The notes: generated from the sequence alone by a model not told the origin. 64,000 nt of DNA from Ignisphaera sp. (GCA_038821645.1 JAWBDT010000003.1:42016-106015), one strand, 5' to 3'. Shown: positions 29,151 through 40,583, numbered from the stretch's first letter. Numbers and translations: made by a program.

Positions 29151-30743
29151 ATGAGGATAGTAGGAACGCTTGAGATAGTATTTAGTAAAGCTCTACCTAT
29201 GGAAGCTAAGGATGATATAGAGAAAGTTATTGAGTATCTTAATAATGACTACCTTAAGAAGGGTACAAAAGATCCAAATGAAGCAGCCAATATAGAGAGT
29301 TTCGAGATTGGTGAAGATAGACTAATCATAAAATTGAATACAGGTTCTAAAGTACGTATCGATGAAGCTTCGCTCAGAATAAGAAACGTTCTTTCTTCTA
29401 TACTTGGGAGAAACTATAAGATTGGTGTGAGAAATCTAAAACTTACTGAACCCAAGATACTTCTCGACGGCATTATATCAGTATCCATATCACTTCCATT
29501 CATAAAAAAAGTTTACTCTGAGGAGAGAAGAACTATTGTTGAACTTAACGATTTATTTGAAAGCGATCTTAAGAAACCTATATTCCTTAGACTTCTTAGA
29601 CTTATAGAGGAAAAAGAAAAGAGATATAGGTGGGGTGGTAAAGCTGAACATTGGATTCTACTTAAGAACAGTTCTACTAAACCAGTTCTATTCTACGAAG
29701 ATCCGAACAAGATTCTCGAAGAAATTGGATGGATTAAGAGGACCTCCATAGGTCAGTGGATCTATACTCCACCGCTTACACATCTACTTAACTCGCTTAA
29801 AGAACTATTCCTAGACGAGGTTATCAAGCCCCTAGGTTTTGAAGAAGCCATATTTCCGAAGATGTATCCACTAGAAGTAGGTTTAAAGACAGGACATCTC
29901 AAAGGCGTTATAAACTCTATGGTTTTTGCCTCTCTACCTAAGAGCTACAATATATCTGAATTCGAGCCATTAATAGACTACATGACCGTAATGGATGAAG
30001 CTCCACCAAAAGAATTACAAAAATATGTAGAACCACCATCATATTTTCTATGTTTTGCTCAATGTGAACCTTTCTACTGGTTCTTTGAGAACGAAATATT
30101 AGATGATAACCTGTTACCTGTTAAGTGGTATGATATGAGTGGACCATCATTTAGATGGGAAGCTGGCGGCATACACGGTATAGAGAGAATTATAGAATTT
30201 CATAGAATAGAAGTTGTTTGGCTTGGAAAACCTGAACAAGTTATAGATATCAGGAATAGGCTTCTAGAAAAATACGAATACTTCTTAGACAAAGTTCTAG
30301 ATCTTGAGTGGAGACTCGCTTGGGTAACTCCATGGTTTTATGAACACAGCGGCATAGTCGAAGAGAAAATTGAGATAGATATAGATAGACCTGGTACAGT
30401 AGATATAGAGGTATGGCTTCCATATAAAGGTAGTAGAGAAGAAAATAAGAATTGGCTAGAAGTAGGCAATATATCTATACACGGAACAAAGTTTACACAA
30501 TCATTTAGAATAAAACACAATAAAGATGAAACTCTATGGACTGGGTGCTCAGGTTTTGGAAGTGAGAGATGGCTGATAGCACTTCTAGCTCAAAAAGGTT
30601 TTGATCCATCTAGCTGGCCTAAAAAATATCTAGAGTATGTTAAGCGTAAACCATTTCCAAAATCCATATCAACAATTACTTATCCAAAAACTAAAGAAGG
30701 TAGAGAAGCTCTTCATCAAATAGACACAAAGATGAGGGTATAA
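29151..30743 (+). CDS. serS: Seryl-tRNA synthetase, methanogen-type (type 2, Zn-dependent)
   Basis: AQCEPFY, FRWEAGG.HGIERIIEFHRIE, WTGCSGFG (Cys/Glu/Cys Zn ligands); alpha/beta N-terminal domain. Confidence 0.85.
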   Translation: MRIVGTLEIVFSKALPMEAKDDIEKVIEYLNNDYLKKGTKDPNEAANIESFEIGEDRLIIKLNTGSKVRIDEASLRIRNVLSSILGRNYKIGVRNLKLTEPKILLDGIISVSISLPFIKKVYSEERRTIVELNDLFESDLKKPIFLRLLRLIEEKEKRYRWGGKAEHWILLKNSSTKPVLFYEDPNKILEEIGWIKRTSIGQWIYTPPLTHLLNSLKELFLDEVIKPLGFEEAIFPKMYPLEVGLKTGHLKGVINSMVFASLPKSYNISEFEPLIDYMTVMDEAPPKELQKYVEPPSYFLCFAQCEPFYWFFENEILDDNLLPVKWYDMSGPSFRWEAGGIHGIERIIEFHRIEVVWLGKPEQVIDIRNRLLEKYEYFLDKVLDLEWRLAWVTPWFYEHSGIVEEKIEIDIDRPGTVDIEVWLPYKGSREENKNWLEVGNISIHGTKFTQSFRIKHNKDETLWTGCSGFGSERWLIALLAQKGFDPSSWPKKYLEYVKRKPFPKSISTITYPKTKEGREALHQIDTKMRV

Positions 30744-30747
30744 AGAC

Positions 30748-31425
30748 ATGAGATCCAGATTAGTTGAAGAAGCCCGTAAAAGACCTCTTCTCCAGGTAGC
30801 TCTAGACTTCATAGACCTAGAGGAGGCATTGAGGATAGCTACAAAAGTTGTTGATGCTGGTGCACATATAATTGAAATAGGGACTCCTCTGGTTAAGACC
30901 TTCGGCTTCTTAGCTCTAGACAAAATTAAAAGTGTATCCAAAAACAACTTAATTGTTGTTGATCTAAAGACTGTTGATGCTACAGAGTTAGAATTTTCAG
31001 CGTACCTTAGCAAAGGTGTTGATGGTGTTACATTACTCGGTATAGTTGATGAAGATGTTGTTCAAGATGCGATAAATCTGTGCAGAAGATATGGTTCAGC
31101 TCTAATAGTAGACATGATCTATACTCCCAATCCTGTCGATAAAGCACTAAGATTAGCAGAACTTGGTGTAGATATTGTGGCTATGCATCTAGGGGTAGAT
31201 GTACAGAAAAAACGAGGTTTAACAGCTAGAGAACTACTTAGAGAAGTAGCGGAAGTGGCAGCGAGTGATGTTATTGTTATGGTTGCAGGAGGAATCAAAC
31301 CTCATGAAGTAGAGGTATTTGTATCTCATGGGGCAAGAATAATAGTGATAGGTTCAGCTATAACACGAGATCTAGATCCCTATAAAGCTACTTTAACAGC
31401 TCTAAGTATATTGAAACCTCCTTAG
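30748..31425 (+). CDS. hps: 3-hexulose-6-phosphate synthase (OMPDC/HPS family)
   Basis: LQVALD, EIGTPL, DLKTVD, HLGVDVQ, VAGGI. Confidence 0.8.
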   Translation: MRSRLVEEARKRPLLQVALDFIDLEEALRIATKVVDAGAHIIEIGTPLVKTFGFLALDKIKSVSKNNLIVVDLKTVDATELEFSAYLSKGVDGVTLLGIVDEDVVQDAINLCRRYGSALIVDMIYTPNPVDKALRLAELGVDIVAMHLGVDVQKKRGLTARELLREVAEVAASDVIVMVAGGIKPHEVEVFVSHGARIIVIGSAITRDLDPYKATLTALSILKPP

Positions 31426-31497
31426 AACTTGTATATTGTTTTATGTACGTTAAACCTAAAATTCTTTATAAGAGTATCCAGAGAACAGACAATAGAT

Positions 31498-31851
31498 ATG
31501 TTGAGTGAATATAGTATGGCTGATGAAGTTAAACAGAAAGTTATAGAGATACTAAAAAATGTGTATGATCCAGAAATACCTATAAATATCTACGATTTAG
31601 GTTTAATTTATGAAATTAATGTAAATGATACCGATATAGAGGTTGTCTTAGGGCTCACAACACCTTTCTGTCCTATTGCACATCTAGTTGTTTATCAAGC
31701 AGAATCCATGCTCAAGGAGCACTTCAAAAATAAGAACATCAGTATAAGGCTCGATTTAGGTAGACAGTGGACACCAGAGAGAATGACAGAAGAAGGTAGA
31801 AAGATTTTTAAAGCTCTCTATGGCTATGATCCCGCTGAAAAAATAGTATAG
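31498..31851 (+). CDS. DUF59/MIP18 metal-sulfur cluster assembly factor
   Basis: VYDPEIPINIYDLGLIY, TTPFCP, WTPERMT. Start at ATG 31498 or 31516. Confidence 0.85.
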   Translation: MLSEYSMADEVKQKVIEILKNVYDPEIPINIYDLGLIYEINVNDTDIEVVLGLTTPFCPIAHLVVYQAESMLKEHFKNKNISIRLDLGRQWTPERMTEEGRKIFKALYGYDPAEKIV

Positions 31852-31981
31852 TAAGAATGAATAAGAATACTATATTTTGTGTATATCTTACTGATTTTCT
31901 AGATAAGGTGTTTGCTTAGATGTTGAGTTATTATAGATTTTTAATTTCTTATCCCTATTATCGTAGATGGTGACTCTAATT

Positions 31982-32587
31982 ATGGCTTATGAAAGAGCTC
32001 TGATAGGTGCCACAGCTGTAGGTATAAAGATAAACAACGGTATAGTTATTGGTGCAGAGAAGAGGGTTAGCTACGGTGGGTTTGTCCTTAGCAAGGTTGG
32101 TAAGAAGGTTTTTGTTATAGGCGATAGAATGGCTATGGCTGCAGCAGGTCTCTTTGGAGATATGCAGACTATAAGCAGATTAATTGTAGCTGAAATTATG
32201 TATAGAGAGAGACTAACTTCAAGAAAGATAAGTGTTAGAGCTGCTGCTAAACTTTTATCAGCTATCCTCTATAGCTATAAGCTTATGCCATTCATATCAG
32301 AAATCATCTTTGCTGGATATGATTCTGATGGATATCATCTCTACGTTCTTGATCCTATAGGATCGTTGATAGAAGATGATTATGCTGCTGTAGGTACTGG
32401 GGGAGCTATAGCTATAGGTATCATAGAGAGTAATTATAACAAGAATATGACTCTAGATGAAGCTGAAGAATTGTGCATAAAGTCTATCAAAGCTGCTGCA
32501 TCTAGAGATGCTGTTTCTGGTGATGGTATAGATATAGCTGTTATTACTAGTAATGGTATTAGGGAGAAGACTATACCTTTAACCTAG
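31982..32587 (+). CDS. psmB: Proteasome beta subunit (Ala in place of catalytic Thr1)
   Basis: [25 protein letters not shown]. Start at MAYER after GGTGA. Confidence 0.88.
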   Translation: MAYERALIGATAVGIKINNGIVIGAEKRVSYGGFVLSKVGKKVFVIGDRMAMAAAGLFGDMQTISRLIVAEIMYRERLTSRKISVRAAAKLLSAILYSYKLMPFISEIIFAGYDSDGYHLYVLDPIGSLIEDDYAAVGTGGAIAIGIIESNYNKNMTLDEAEELCIKSIKAAASRDAVSGDGIDIAVITSNGIREKTIPLT

Positions 32588-32647
32588 TTAACCTTATGAT
32601 TTGGAACAAGTTCTTATAGTATATAGTATTAATTCCTGGTGTAATTT

Positions 32648-33313
32648 ACGAAAATAGGTATACTTGATTTTAATATATCAAGAGCTAAATCTCTACAAGA
32701 ACATTTAAGCACTTTTGTAAGAATTGAGCCTCTTACTCTAGAAGCTGTAGAGATTATTGTAGGTGTTGATGTAGGATATAGAGAGTCTATAGGTGTAAGT
32801 GTCGCTGTAGCATATAGCGTTAAAAGAAATAGAGAGGTGTGCCATACTGCTGTAATAAGCGATGTTGCTGTACCCTATATTCCGGGTCTTTTAGCATTTA
32901 GAGAAGCACCAATAATGATTGCAGCAATTAAGGAACTCATACATAAGTGTACTGATTTTGATATAGTTATGGTTAATGGACATGGGATTACACATCCAAG
33001 AAAATTCGGTATAGCATCACATATAGGTGTAGCTCTAGAAAAACCATCAATTGGTGTAGCTAGAAGTATTCTTTACGGAGATATAGTGATTGTAGAGAAT
33101 AAGAAAATAATTGTTGTTGATGGAATTAAAGCTGGATACATTATCGAGACTGGATGGAGTGGAGAAATATATATATCTGTAGGCCATAGAATAACACCAG
33201 ATGAAGCTTTAACTGTTGTTGAAGCTACATGGAATAAGGAGCTTCCTCTACCAAATCCCTTATATATGGCAGATAGTCTAACTAAGAAGTACAGAAAATA
33301 TATCAAAAGATAA
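32648..33313 (+). CDS. nfi: Endonuclease V (proposed ACG or ATA start)
   Basis: PYIPGLLAFRE, NGHGITHPRKFGIASH, YISVG. The catalytic GVDVGY lies upstream of the first GTG (32837). Confidence 0.85.
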   Translation, partial: TKIGILDFNISRAKSLQEHLSTFVRIEPLTLEAVEIIVGVDVGYRESIGVSVAVAYSVKRNREVCHTAVISDVAVPYIPGLLAFREAPIMIAAIKELIHKCTDFDIVMVNGHGITHPRKFGIASHIGVALEKPSIGVARSILYGDIVIVENKKIIVVDGIKAGYIIETGWSGEIYISVGHRITPDEALTVVEATWNKELPLPNPLYMADSLTKKYRKYIKR

Positions 33314-33443
33314 TTAAGCATTATAACTATCTTCTATTAGTTCTCTATGCATATTAATTCCATAAGCTTTGCAAATAGGTTCTAGACTTCGATACATAAT
33401 CATGTGAAAAATATATAAAACTAAAATTATAGAATCTTGTTTG

Positions 33444-34544
33444 TTATTCATATTCTATTGTTGCAGGTGGTTTAGGTGTCACATCAAATGCTATGGTCTT
33501 TATCTTGGGTAGAGATAGAAGTTCTTCAGCTAACTCATTAAGCTCTTTATAGATATCTATTCTAGGCACTTCTGCAACCATATAGTCTTCAGTTTTAACA
33601 ATCCTTATAGCTATAACGAATTCTCCATCTTCTTTTTCTCTAAGCTGTAGGAGTATATGTGGATAATTCTCTGAATTGAATTGTTTATAGAGTGTATATA
33701 CATCCGTAACTTGATTATATCTTCTAACCATAACTGGATGACCATAGATCCTTCTACCATCTATAACACCTGTTGCTTTAACTTTGAATACCAAATATTC
33801 GATATCACCTATGACACCTTTGTCTATGATATCGTGTTCCCATATAGCTGGGAAGTATTGACTATATCCTCTTCCGTTAAGTCTTTCTTCAACAATAGCT
33901 GTAGCTTTTCTAACAAGTTCCAACTTTTCTCTATATAGTTTACCAACAGTACGAACGAGTAGACCTGGTCCAGGAAATGGCTGTCTTTCTGCAAGCCACT
34001 TAGGAAGACCTAGCTGTTTAGCTAAAGCTCTAACCTCATGTTTGTATAGATCTATCACAGGTTCGATAACCTTTAATCCATAGCGCTTAAGAAGTTCATC
34101 AGACAATACATTGTGCTGTGTCTTAATTTTGCCTACAGTTTCAACAACATCAGCCTTGATAGTTCCTTGAACAATCCATCCACATTTCTTTTCCTCTGCT
34201 ATCTTCTTTACAGACATATAGAAGGCATCTCTAAATGCTATCCTCTTTTCTTCAGCATCTTCAAGACCTTCGATTCTAGATATGATTTCTTCAGAAAAAT
34301 CGTATATCTCTAGATCTAGAATACCCTTTAAAGCTTCTCTAACCCTGGCTCCTTCATTCATTCTCATAAAACCTGTGTTAATGAATACTGGATACACCTT
34401 ATCCCCTAAGGCTTTCTTTGCTAAGACAGCCGAAGTTGTGCTATCAACACCACCACTTACACAAGCGACAGCACAATCTATATCTCTATATAGAGCTCTG
34501 AGTCTATTGATAAGCTCATCTATAGATATACCTAATTCAGACAT
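33444..34544 (-). CDS. guaAB: GMP synthase subunit B (ATP pyrophosphatase)
   Basis: SGGVDST, IKTQHNV, RQPFPGPGL, KPPATIEYE. Confidence 0.9.
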   Translation of the reverse strand: MSELGISIDELINRLRALYRDIDCAVACVSGGVDSTTSAVLAKKALGDKVYPVFINTGFMRMNEGARVREALKGILDLEIYDFSEEIISRIEGLEDAEEKRIAFRDAFYMSVKKIAEEKKCGWIVQGTIKADVVETVGKIKTQHNVLSDELLKRYGLKVIEPVIDLYKHEVRALAKQLGLPKWLAERQPFPGPGLLVRTVGKLYREKLELVRKATAIVEERLNGRGYSQYFPAIWEHDIIDKGVIGDIEYLVFKVKATGVIDGRRIYGHPVMVRRYNQVTDVYTLYKQFNSENYPHILLQLREKEDGEFVIAIRIVKTEDYMVAEVPRIDIYKELNELAEELLSLPKIKTIAFDVTPKPPATIEYE

Positions 34545-34835
34545 AGTCTCACTCTTTTCATAAGTGATGCTACTGCTACTGAGGAAATAAAAATCTAGCT
34601 GAAAATAATTATATACATAACAATGTAAATATAGTGCTTATGTTATACAGCAACATTCAAAAATGAACCTAAACATTGCAATCAGATTAATGTAGTTAAC
34701 AGATTCAATACAATTTTCAACCTATAGGACTTAAGATAGTTATTTTGTATCCATATAGTTAATGAATATCTGAACCTATGTGACAACTGAATTATGATAT
34801 GTATTAGTATCTGACTTGCAAGTAGATGGAGATCT

Positions 34836-35522
34836 CTACTTCAATTTTTTGACTATGGATTTAACAGCATTAGATACTTCAGCTCTATTGATGAGATTTA
34901 CAGGAACTCTTTTACCCTTGTAACTTGCATCTAGAGAAGCTGAACAAAACATAGCTTCGCTTACTACTTCAAAGAATATAATGGGAGGTAGAATAGCTAT
35001 ACCTCTGATTTCTCCTTTCTTTATGTCTGATATATTTGTGACAACAGTAAATGAGAAATGCTCTGTACCTACTCTAGCTATCCACAGTTTATCAGCTTTA
35101 GGATGCTTCTTCAGGAATCCAACTTCAACTCCAACGATATCCACAGCATATTCAGGGAAATTATCGTCACCAAGAGCCAATCTAGCTCTAAGACCTAATA
35201 GGATAGATAAGGCATAACGTAATTCTGCTACAGTAAATTTCATCGATACTCCATCAATTCTAATGTTTCTAGGTGGTAGAAGGAAAGATGATAATTCTCT
35301 CACCTGCGCCTCTAGCTGCCTAAGTTCGTCTGAATTGATAAGCATGGTATGTGGAAGATACATGTACTTTAACTTCATCAGAAGAGATCTAACTCTTTTA
35401 ACACACTCTAGAGCATGTCCTCTATTTAGTGGATAAGGTAAACTCCAGCCTTTAATCCTATTCTCTATTCTGTTGACAGCATCTTCAGCTACTAGAAATC
35501 TATAGTCTTCAGCAATAACCAT
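34836..35522 (-). CDS. OB-fold tRNA-binding domain protein
   Basis: KHPKADKL, VVTNI, SEAMF. Confidence 0.75.
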   Translation of the reverse strand: MVIAEDYRFLVAEDAVNRIENRIKGWSLPYPLNRGHALECVKRVRSLLMKLKYMYLPHTMLINSDELRQLEAQVRELSSFLLPPRNIRIDGVSMKFTVAELRYALSILLGLRARLALGDDNFPEYAVDIVGVEVGFLKKHPKADKLWIARVGTEHFSFTVVTNISDIKKGEIRGIAILPPIIFFEVVSEAMFCSASLDASYKGKRVPVNLINRAEVSNAVKSIVKKLK

Positions 35523-35711
35523 ATATTCAACACCATAGTGTAGAGAACGTGTAGACTAAATATGTTTTGCAACTCCATAGCTACATAGATTGATATACAC
35601 CACGCTACTGACTTACTTAGCTCCATAGGTTACTCTGTTTCTGAATCTAATTAGAAAACAAAATGATGTATTATATTCAACACATTGATATGGTAACTAT
35701 ATACAAAATGT

Positions 35712-37046
35712 TTAGATGAAATGTTTAGATGTCCTTATGTTTCTTACCAATACATATGGTGCTCTTACTGGTGTCTCTATTTCCCACCATTGCATACTAT
35801 ATAGGTCTCTTCCAATCATGTCTATGTTGCTCAATAAGTTATTGAGATTATCTGCTATTCTTATCTTGTTAACAGCTCCTACTACTCTATTGTTTTCAAT
35901 TAAAAATATTGCGTCTCTAGCTATAGTCGAAAATGTTCCTTCTACATAGTTTTGTAATCTAGTGTACCAATTGTTAGTTATTACCAGACCTTTACACACA
36001 TTCGCAATCATTTCATCTACAGTAGCATCTCCAGATTCTACAGCTATGCTCCAAGGCCTTGGTTGAATCCATCCAGCATTACCAGTACTTCTAGTCTTCA
36101 TAATTGTTGCTGTTTTTGTATTATGTAGCAGAGTCTTTAGTGTTCCTTTCTCGATAACAGGTTTATTGAATGTCTTCATAGCTTCGTCATCAAAACCTGT
36201 GACTCCTGGAAGCTCTATATCTCTAGGTACATCATGTATCGTAAGGTTTTCTGAAGCAACTTTATCACCTATTGCTCTATTCATAAATATCGATGCACCC
36301 ATCATTACCGAGAAAGCTGAAGCCATATCGACTATGTAATTGAGTAAATTTCCAAACACCATAGGGCTTAATATAATGTCATATCTATCAGGCTCTATCT
36401 CTCTCTTGTTCCTAGAGTCTACAGCAAATCTAGAGGCCATTAGAGCTACCTCTCTAATATTATTTAGATCGAGTTTTGTTGATGTATGGCACCATTGTCC
36501 TGATCCTTGTCCAGAAAACGCTCTTACATAGATAGTTGTACTTGTTTTTCGTTCTGTTGCTGAAGCACCTTTTGATGAAGATAGCGATCTCTCTGTATAG
36601 TTTAATTGAATCATACCTGCAACACTATCTATTCTTTCTCTGTGACTAACCTCAATAACTTGTTCAGCAATATCATCAATTCTATCCATAGCTTCTATTA
36701 CCAAAGTATCTACAACATTTAGAGGCTCTATCGATTCTAGTTGAGGTAGTGGTGCATAAAGTTGCGACTCAAGGATTTTTGGAGCAATAGACAGAAGATC
36801 CTTTATCGATTTATCTATATCTTCCGTACTACTAGGTTCTAGTGATACTATAATTATCTTTCTATCTTTTGCTAAATACAGGTCTATACCTAGGGTATTC
36901 CATCTCTGTATAACGCTTATCTCACTATTTGCTAACTTGGTCATAACGGTACTTCTCTTCGTAACAATAGCTATAGCTTCATCAAAACCTTCTCTAAGAG
37001 CTTTCTCTGTAAGTTTAACCGATAAATCATGCGCATCTATTTCCAT
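35712..37046 (-). CDS. TldE/PmbA-family protein
   Basis: FDDEA, STGNAGW, NNWYTRLQNY; no HExxxH. Start at ATG 37046. Confidence 0.85.
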   Translation of the reverse strand: MEIDAHDLSVKLTEKALREGFDEAIAIVTKRSTVMTKLANSEISVIQRWNTLGIDLYLAKDRKIIIVSLEPSSTEDIDKSIKDLLSIAPKILESQLYAPLPQLESIEPLNVVDTLVIEAMDRIDDIAEQVIEVSHRERIDSVAGMIQLNYTERSLSSSKGASATERKTSTTIYVRAFSGQGSGQWCHTSTKLDLNNIREVALMASRFAVDSRNKREIEPDRYDIILSPMVFGNLLNYIVDMASAFSVMMGASIFMNRAIGDKVASENLTIHDVPRDIELPGVTGFDDEAMKTFNKPVIEKGTLKTLLHNTKTATIMKTRSTGNAGWIQPRPWSIAVESGDATVDEMIANVCKGLVITNNWYTRLQNYVEGTFSTIARDAIFLIENNRVVGAVNKIRIADNLNNLLSNIDMIGRDLYSMQWWEIETPVRAPYVLVRNIRTSKHFI

Positions 37047-37047
37047 T

Positions 37048-38484
37048 CTATGCCACACCCAGTCTAATCTTCTTAAGCCTCACATCAGGGCCACCGAACC
37101 ACACAGGCACACCCTGCATTGGCTCACCTTTACCACAGGTACCTGCACTAAACCTTAGCTTTCTGCCTACAGCATCTATAGAGCTATAGAATGCTTTAGT
37201 GGTTAGCTCTAATACAGGGTTTCTAACGTATTTAGTGAGCTCGCCTTTCTCTACCAGATACGCTTCAAGACCTACATATCTCTGGCTCCATCTCTCGTCA
37301 TCAATATTCCACTCCATATAGCTTTTAATATAGACTCCTAGATCTATGTCCTCTATAAGTTCTTCAAATCTGTAGTCACATGGCTTTAGGTATGTATTAG
37401 ACATCCTTATTATAGGTTCACCCATATAGCTCATAGATCTAGCTGAACCATTACTTTCTACACCAAAGATATATGCAGTCCAGCGGTTGTGTAGAAATTC
37501 ATTTATTACACCTTCCTTGTATAGATACTTTGGTCTTGCTGGAACACCTTCATCATCGTATAGATAGAAACCAAAACCTCCAGGTATTGTGGGATCATCT
37601 ATGACTGTGGCATACTCGTTACCGATTCTGTAACCAATCATGTCCTGCCTTATGAAGCTTTTACCAGCTTGCGCTGCTTCTCTACCCAATATACGGTCAG
37701 CTTCACTAGGATGACCACAACTTTCATGCACAACTAGACCAACAATTTCGCTACCAACAACAACAGGTATCTCCTCTTTTGGAGGCTCTATAGCTGATAA
37801 CAGTATCTGTTCGTATATCTTGATATTTTTCGGGATCTCTTCCTCGAGTCTCCATGTATCTAGCTGCTCTACTCCTCCACTACCTCCAATTTCCTCAAAT
37901 CTTTGTAGAAAACCTTTCTGTGGATGAGCTACAACAATATTGTAGTAAACCATAAGTCTGGGTATGTAACTTTTAACGAAAGCACCATCACTATTTACAA
38001 CAACTTTTTCTTCAATAGACTCGTTATAACCTAAAAAGAATGTTGCTACTTTGGCTTCTGAAACAACACTATGTAGTGCACTCCATAACCTGTTGTGTAG
38101 AGCTATCTTCTCGTCTAGCGAGATATCTGTAAACTTCTTCTTTTCAATAACATTATAACTAGCTCTACCAACTTTAGCTGGTGAAAAAACTATAGGTTTC
38201 TTCATGATTTTTGCATGAGCTTTAGCATAACTGTATGCTTTTTCAATAATATTTCTAACAGACTCTCTATTTAGCATGTTTGTTGATGCGAAACCTAGAG
38301 CTCCATCAACTAAAACTCTTACACCAATACCATGACTGACACCTTTTCCTGCACCAATGATTGAACCATTTCTTGAAACTATAGTGAAACCATCAATTCT
38401 ATGTAGCCTAGCCTCAGCGTAATACGCTCCTAGTTTGCAGGCATAATCGATAGCATAGAGAGCTAAGTCTTCATCCATATACAT
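37048..38484 (-). CDS. tldD: TldD-family metalloprotease
   Basis: HESCGHPSEAD, YDDEG, RMSNT, CGKGEP. Confidence 0.9.
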   Translation of the reverse strand: MYMDEDLALYAIDYACKLGAYYAEARLHRIDGFTIVSRNGSIIGAGKGVSHGIGVRVLVDGALGFASTNMLNRESVRNIIEKAYSYAKAHAKIMKKPIVFSPAKVGRASYNVIEKKKFTDISLDEKIALHNRLWSALHSVVSEAKVATFFLGYNESIEEKVVVNSDGAFVKSYIPRLMVYYNIVVAHPQKGFLQRFEEIGGSGGVEQLDTWRLEEEIPKNIKIYEQILLSAIEPPKEEIPVVVGSEIVGLVVHESCGHPSEADRILGREAAQAGKSFIRQDMIGYRIGNEYATVIDDPTIPGGFGFYLYDDEGVPARPKYLYKEGVINEFLHNRWTAYIFGVESNGSARSMSYMGEPIIRMSNTYLKPCDYRFEELIEDIDLGVYIKSYMEWNIDDERWSQRYVGLEAYLVEKGELTKYVRNPVLELTTKAFYSSIDAVGRKLRFSAGTCGKGEPMQGVPVWFGGPDVRLKKIRLGVA

Positions 38485-38625
38485 TCGCCATCAATCCACT
38501 ATTCTCTGGCTCTTAACCACTAAACAATATATATTATTATGCTTCATAAGACAATAAAATACATTATCGAAGTATTACGGAAAGAATATAAATAAAAATT
38601 TATGTTAATTGGCTCCCTACTACCT

Positions 38626-38961
38626 CTACTTCTTAATCATGCCTATCACGATACCGACAATAAAGCCTATGCTAACAGGTCCTACAGACATAAGTCCAAG
38701 TACTATGGCTAGTCTTTTAGCTGCTTCAGCAGCTATACCAAGTGTTGATAAGACTTCTGCTGGTGTTGTCCCTAAACTCCATATCGATAGAAATGTACCT
38801 AAAACCAATATAGCTACAAATGCAAGTATATATTTAACAATCTTTGTTGATATATAGCCTAATGCTAGACCTAACAGAAACTGTATTGCGATTGCTATTA
38901 ATACTGGTGGTTGTGATAGAAGAGTTGCTATTGTTTCTTCAAGTGGAGCTACAGTTGACAT
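38626..38961 (-). CDS. Small membrane protein (FUN14-like)
   Basis: Hydrophobic; GLALGYISTKIVKY and GFIVG pattern. Confidence 0.55.
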   Translation of the reverse strand: MSTVAPLEETIATLLSQPPVLIAIAIQFLLGLALGYISTKIVKYILAFVAILVLGTFLSIWSLGTTPAEVLSTLGIAAEAAKRLAIVLGLMSVGPVSIGFIVGIVIGMIKK

Positions 38962-39040
38962 TGTTTCCTACCACCTAAGAATATGCTTTCTGGTGATATA
39001 TATACGTATTTGATGCACTAAGTAAAGAATGCTATAGGGA

Positions 39041-40414
39041 TCAAGACTGTTTCTCTAAGCCGAAGAGTTTTTCAGCTAGAATCAACATTTTTTCAACAAC
39101 TTCTGTAGCTGTTCTACCAAAGATGTTTATCATTGGTTCTTTCCCCCAATCCCCTCTATGGTAAACTATATCAGGAACCTTATTGTTTAACATCTTGATA
39201 GCCTGCTCTATACCCCACGGTATAGATCCTCCTTCAATACTCTTTATCTCTGGAGGTTCTTTAGATCTGTCATAGAAAGCTACTGTAAAACCTAGTTCTC
39301 TAGCTATCTCAATGATTTTTTCGCTGAACTTTATATTGGCTACAGCTCTTACATTCTCATTGTACTCTATAGCTTTTAGGATAGCTCTAGCCATGTGTTT
39401 AGATGCCCCAAATTCTGGAGAAGAAACAACCTTAATCTTGTTTCCAGCTCTCACAATTCTACCCGGTATTGCTGCTACATCGTTTAAGCTTCTAGCATAT
39501 GGTTTAGGAAGAGATACAGCTATATTCATACCAACTTCAGGGATGAGAGACACCACAATATTGCTGTTAGCTTCAAGAATATCTATAGCTTTCTTTAAAT
39601 CCTCTAGAACCTTATACCTTTCCGCCGGTATATATAGCCATGCCATAGGATTCACAGGACCATGACCCTTGCCTATGGGTAATCCATGCTCTATAGCTAT
39701 GGTTATGAACTCTTTGGCTGTCTTGACAGCTTCAACAATGTTCTTGCCTTTGGCAAGTTCTGCTGCTATAGCTGCAGAAAAGCTACATCCAGTTCCATGA
39801 GTATTCCTAGTCTCTATCCTTTTGGCTCTGAACTCTCTATAAACTCCATCTACGTAGAGAATATCTATAGACTCTTCACCCTCCATATGTCCACCTTTAA
39901 CAATAGCTGCACGAGCACCAAGATCTTCAACTATCTTTCTAGCAGCTCTTTTAGCATCATCTATACTTTTTATTGCTATACTTGTGAGCTTTTCTGCCTC
40001 AAATCTATTTGGTGTAACAACTGTTGCTATAGGTATTAGATATTTGATTAAAGCTTCAACAGCATTTTCCTTAAGGAGAGGAGCACCACTTTTAGCAACC
40101 ATAACCGGGTCTACAACAACAGGTATACTATAGCTCTTTATTAGAGAAGAGACTAGTTCAACTACTTCATATCTGCTAAGCATCCCCGTTTTAGCAGCAT
40201 CAACACCTATATCTTCTACAACAGCTTCAAACTGAGCTTTTATTATGTCTAGAGGAATATCGTGAACAGCTCTAACCTCGTAAGTATTTTGAGCAGTTAC
40301 AGAAGTTATCACGCTCATTCCATGAACACCTAGAGCAGCAAATGTCTTTAGATCTGCTTGTATACCTGCACCTCCACCTGAATCACTACCAGCTATAGTT
40401 AAAGCCTTCTTCAT
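39041..40414 (-). CDS. thiDN: Bifunctional HMP/HMP-P kinase - thiamine-phosphate synthase ThiDN
   Basis: [21 protein letters not shown], plus C-terminal ThiN domain (IPEVGMN, FGASKH, GDWGKEP). Confidence 0.9.
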   Translation of the reverse strand: MKKALTIAGSDSGGGAGIQADLKTFAALGVHGMSVITSVTAQNTYEVRAVHDIPLDIIKAQFEAVVEDIGVDAAKTGMLSRYEVVELVSSLIKSYSIPVVVDPVMVAKSGAPLLKENAVEALIKYLIPIATVVTPNRFEAEKLTSIAIKSIDDAKRAARKIVEDLGARAAIVKGGHMEGEESIDILYVDGVYREFRAKRIETRNTHGTGCSFSAAIAAELAKGKNIVEAVKTAKEFITIAIEHGLPIGKGHGPVNPMAWLYIPAERYKVLEDLKKAIDILEANSNIVVSLIPEVGMNIAVSLPKPYARSLNDVAAIPGRIVRAGNKIKVVSSPEFGASKHMARAILKAIEYNENVRAVANIKFSEKIIEIARELGFTVAFYDRSKEPPEIKSIEGGSIPWGIEQAIKMLNNKVPDIVYHRGDWGKEPMINIFGRTATEVVEKMLILAEKLFGLEKQS

Positions 40415-40583
40415 TATGTACCACCACAACTTCTAAAGCTATAAAAGATTATAAATATAAAATTGTCATAAAAACTGTATAAATTTCTATTTGACTTGAT
40501 TCAAAAAGTTAATACATCATTTTAGTTTATCTAAGAAACATTTATAAGTATTCGCTAGAGATATCTTTTGGTAGGGTGAACGT

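Noticed and set aside
34762-34814. Three CTGA boxes and ATGATAT, a possible C/D sRNA
   Set aside because: No convincing C box, and the guides are AT-rich.
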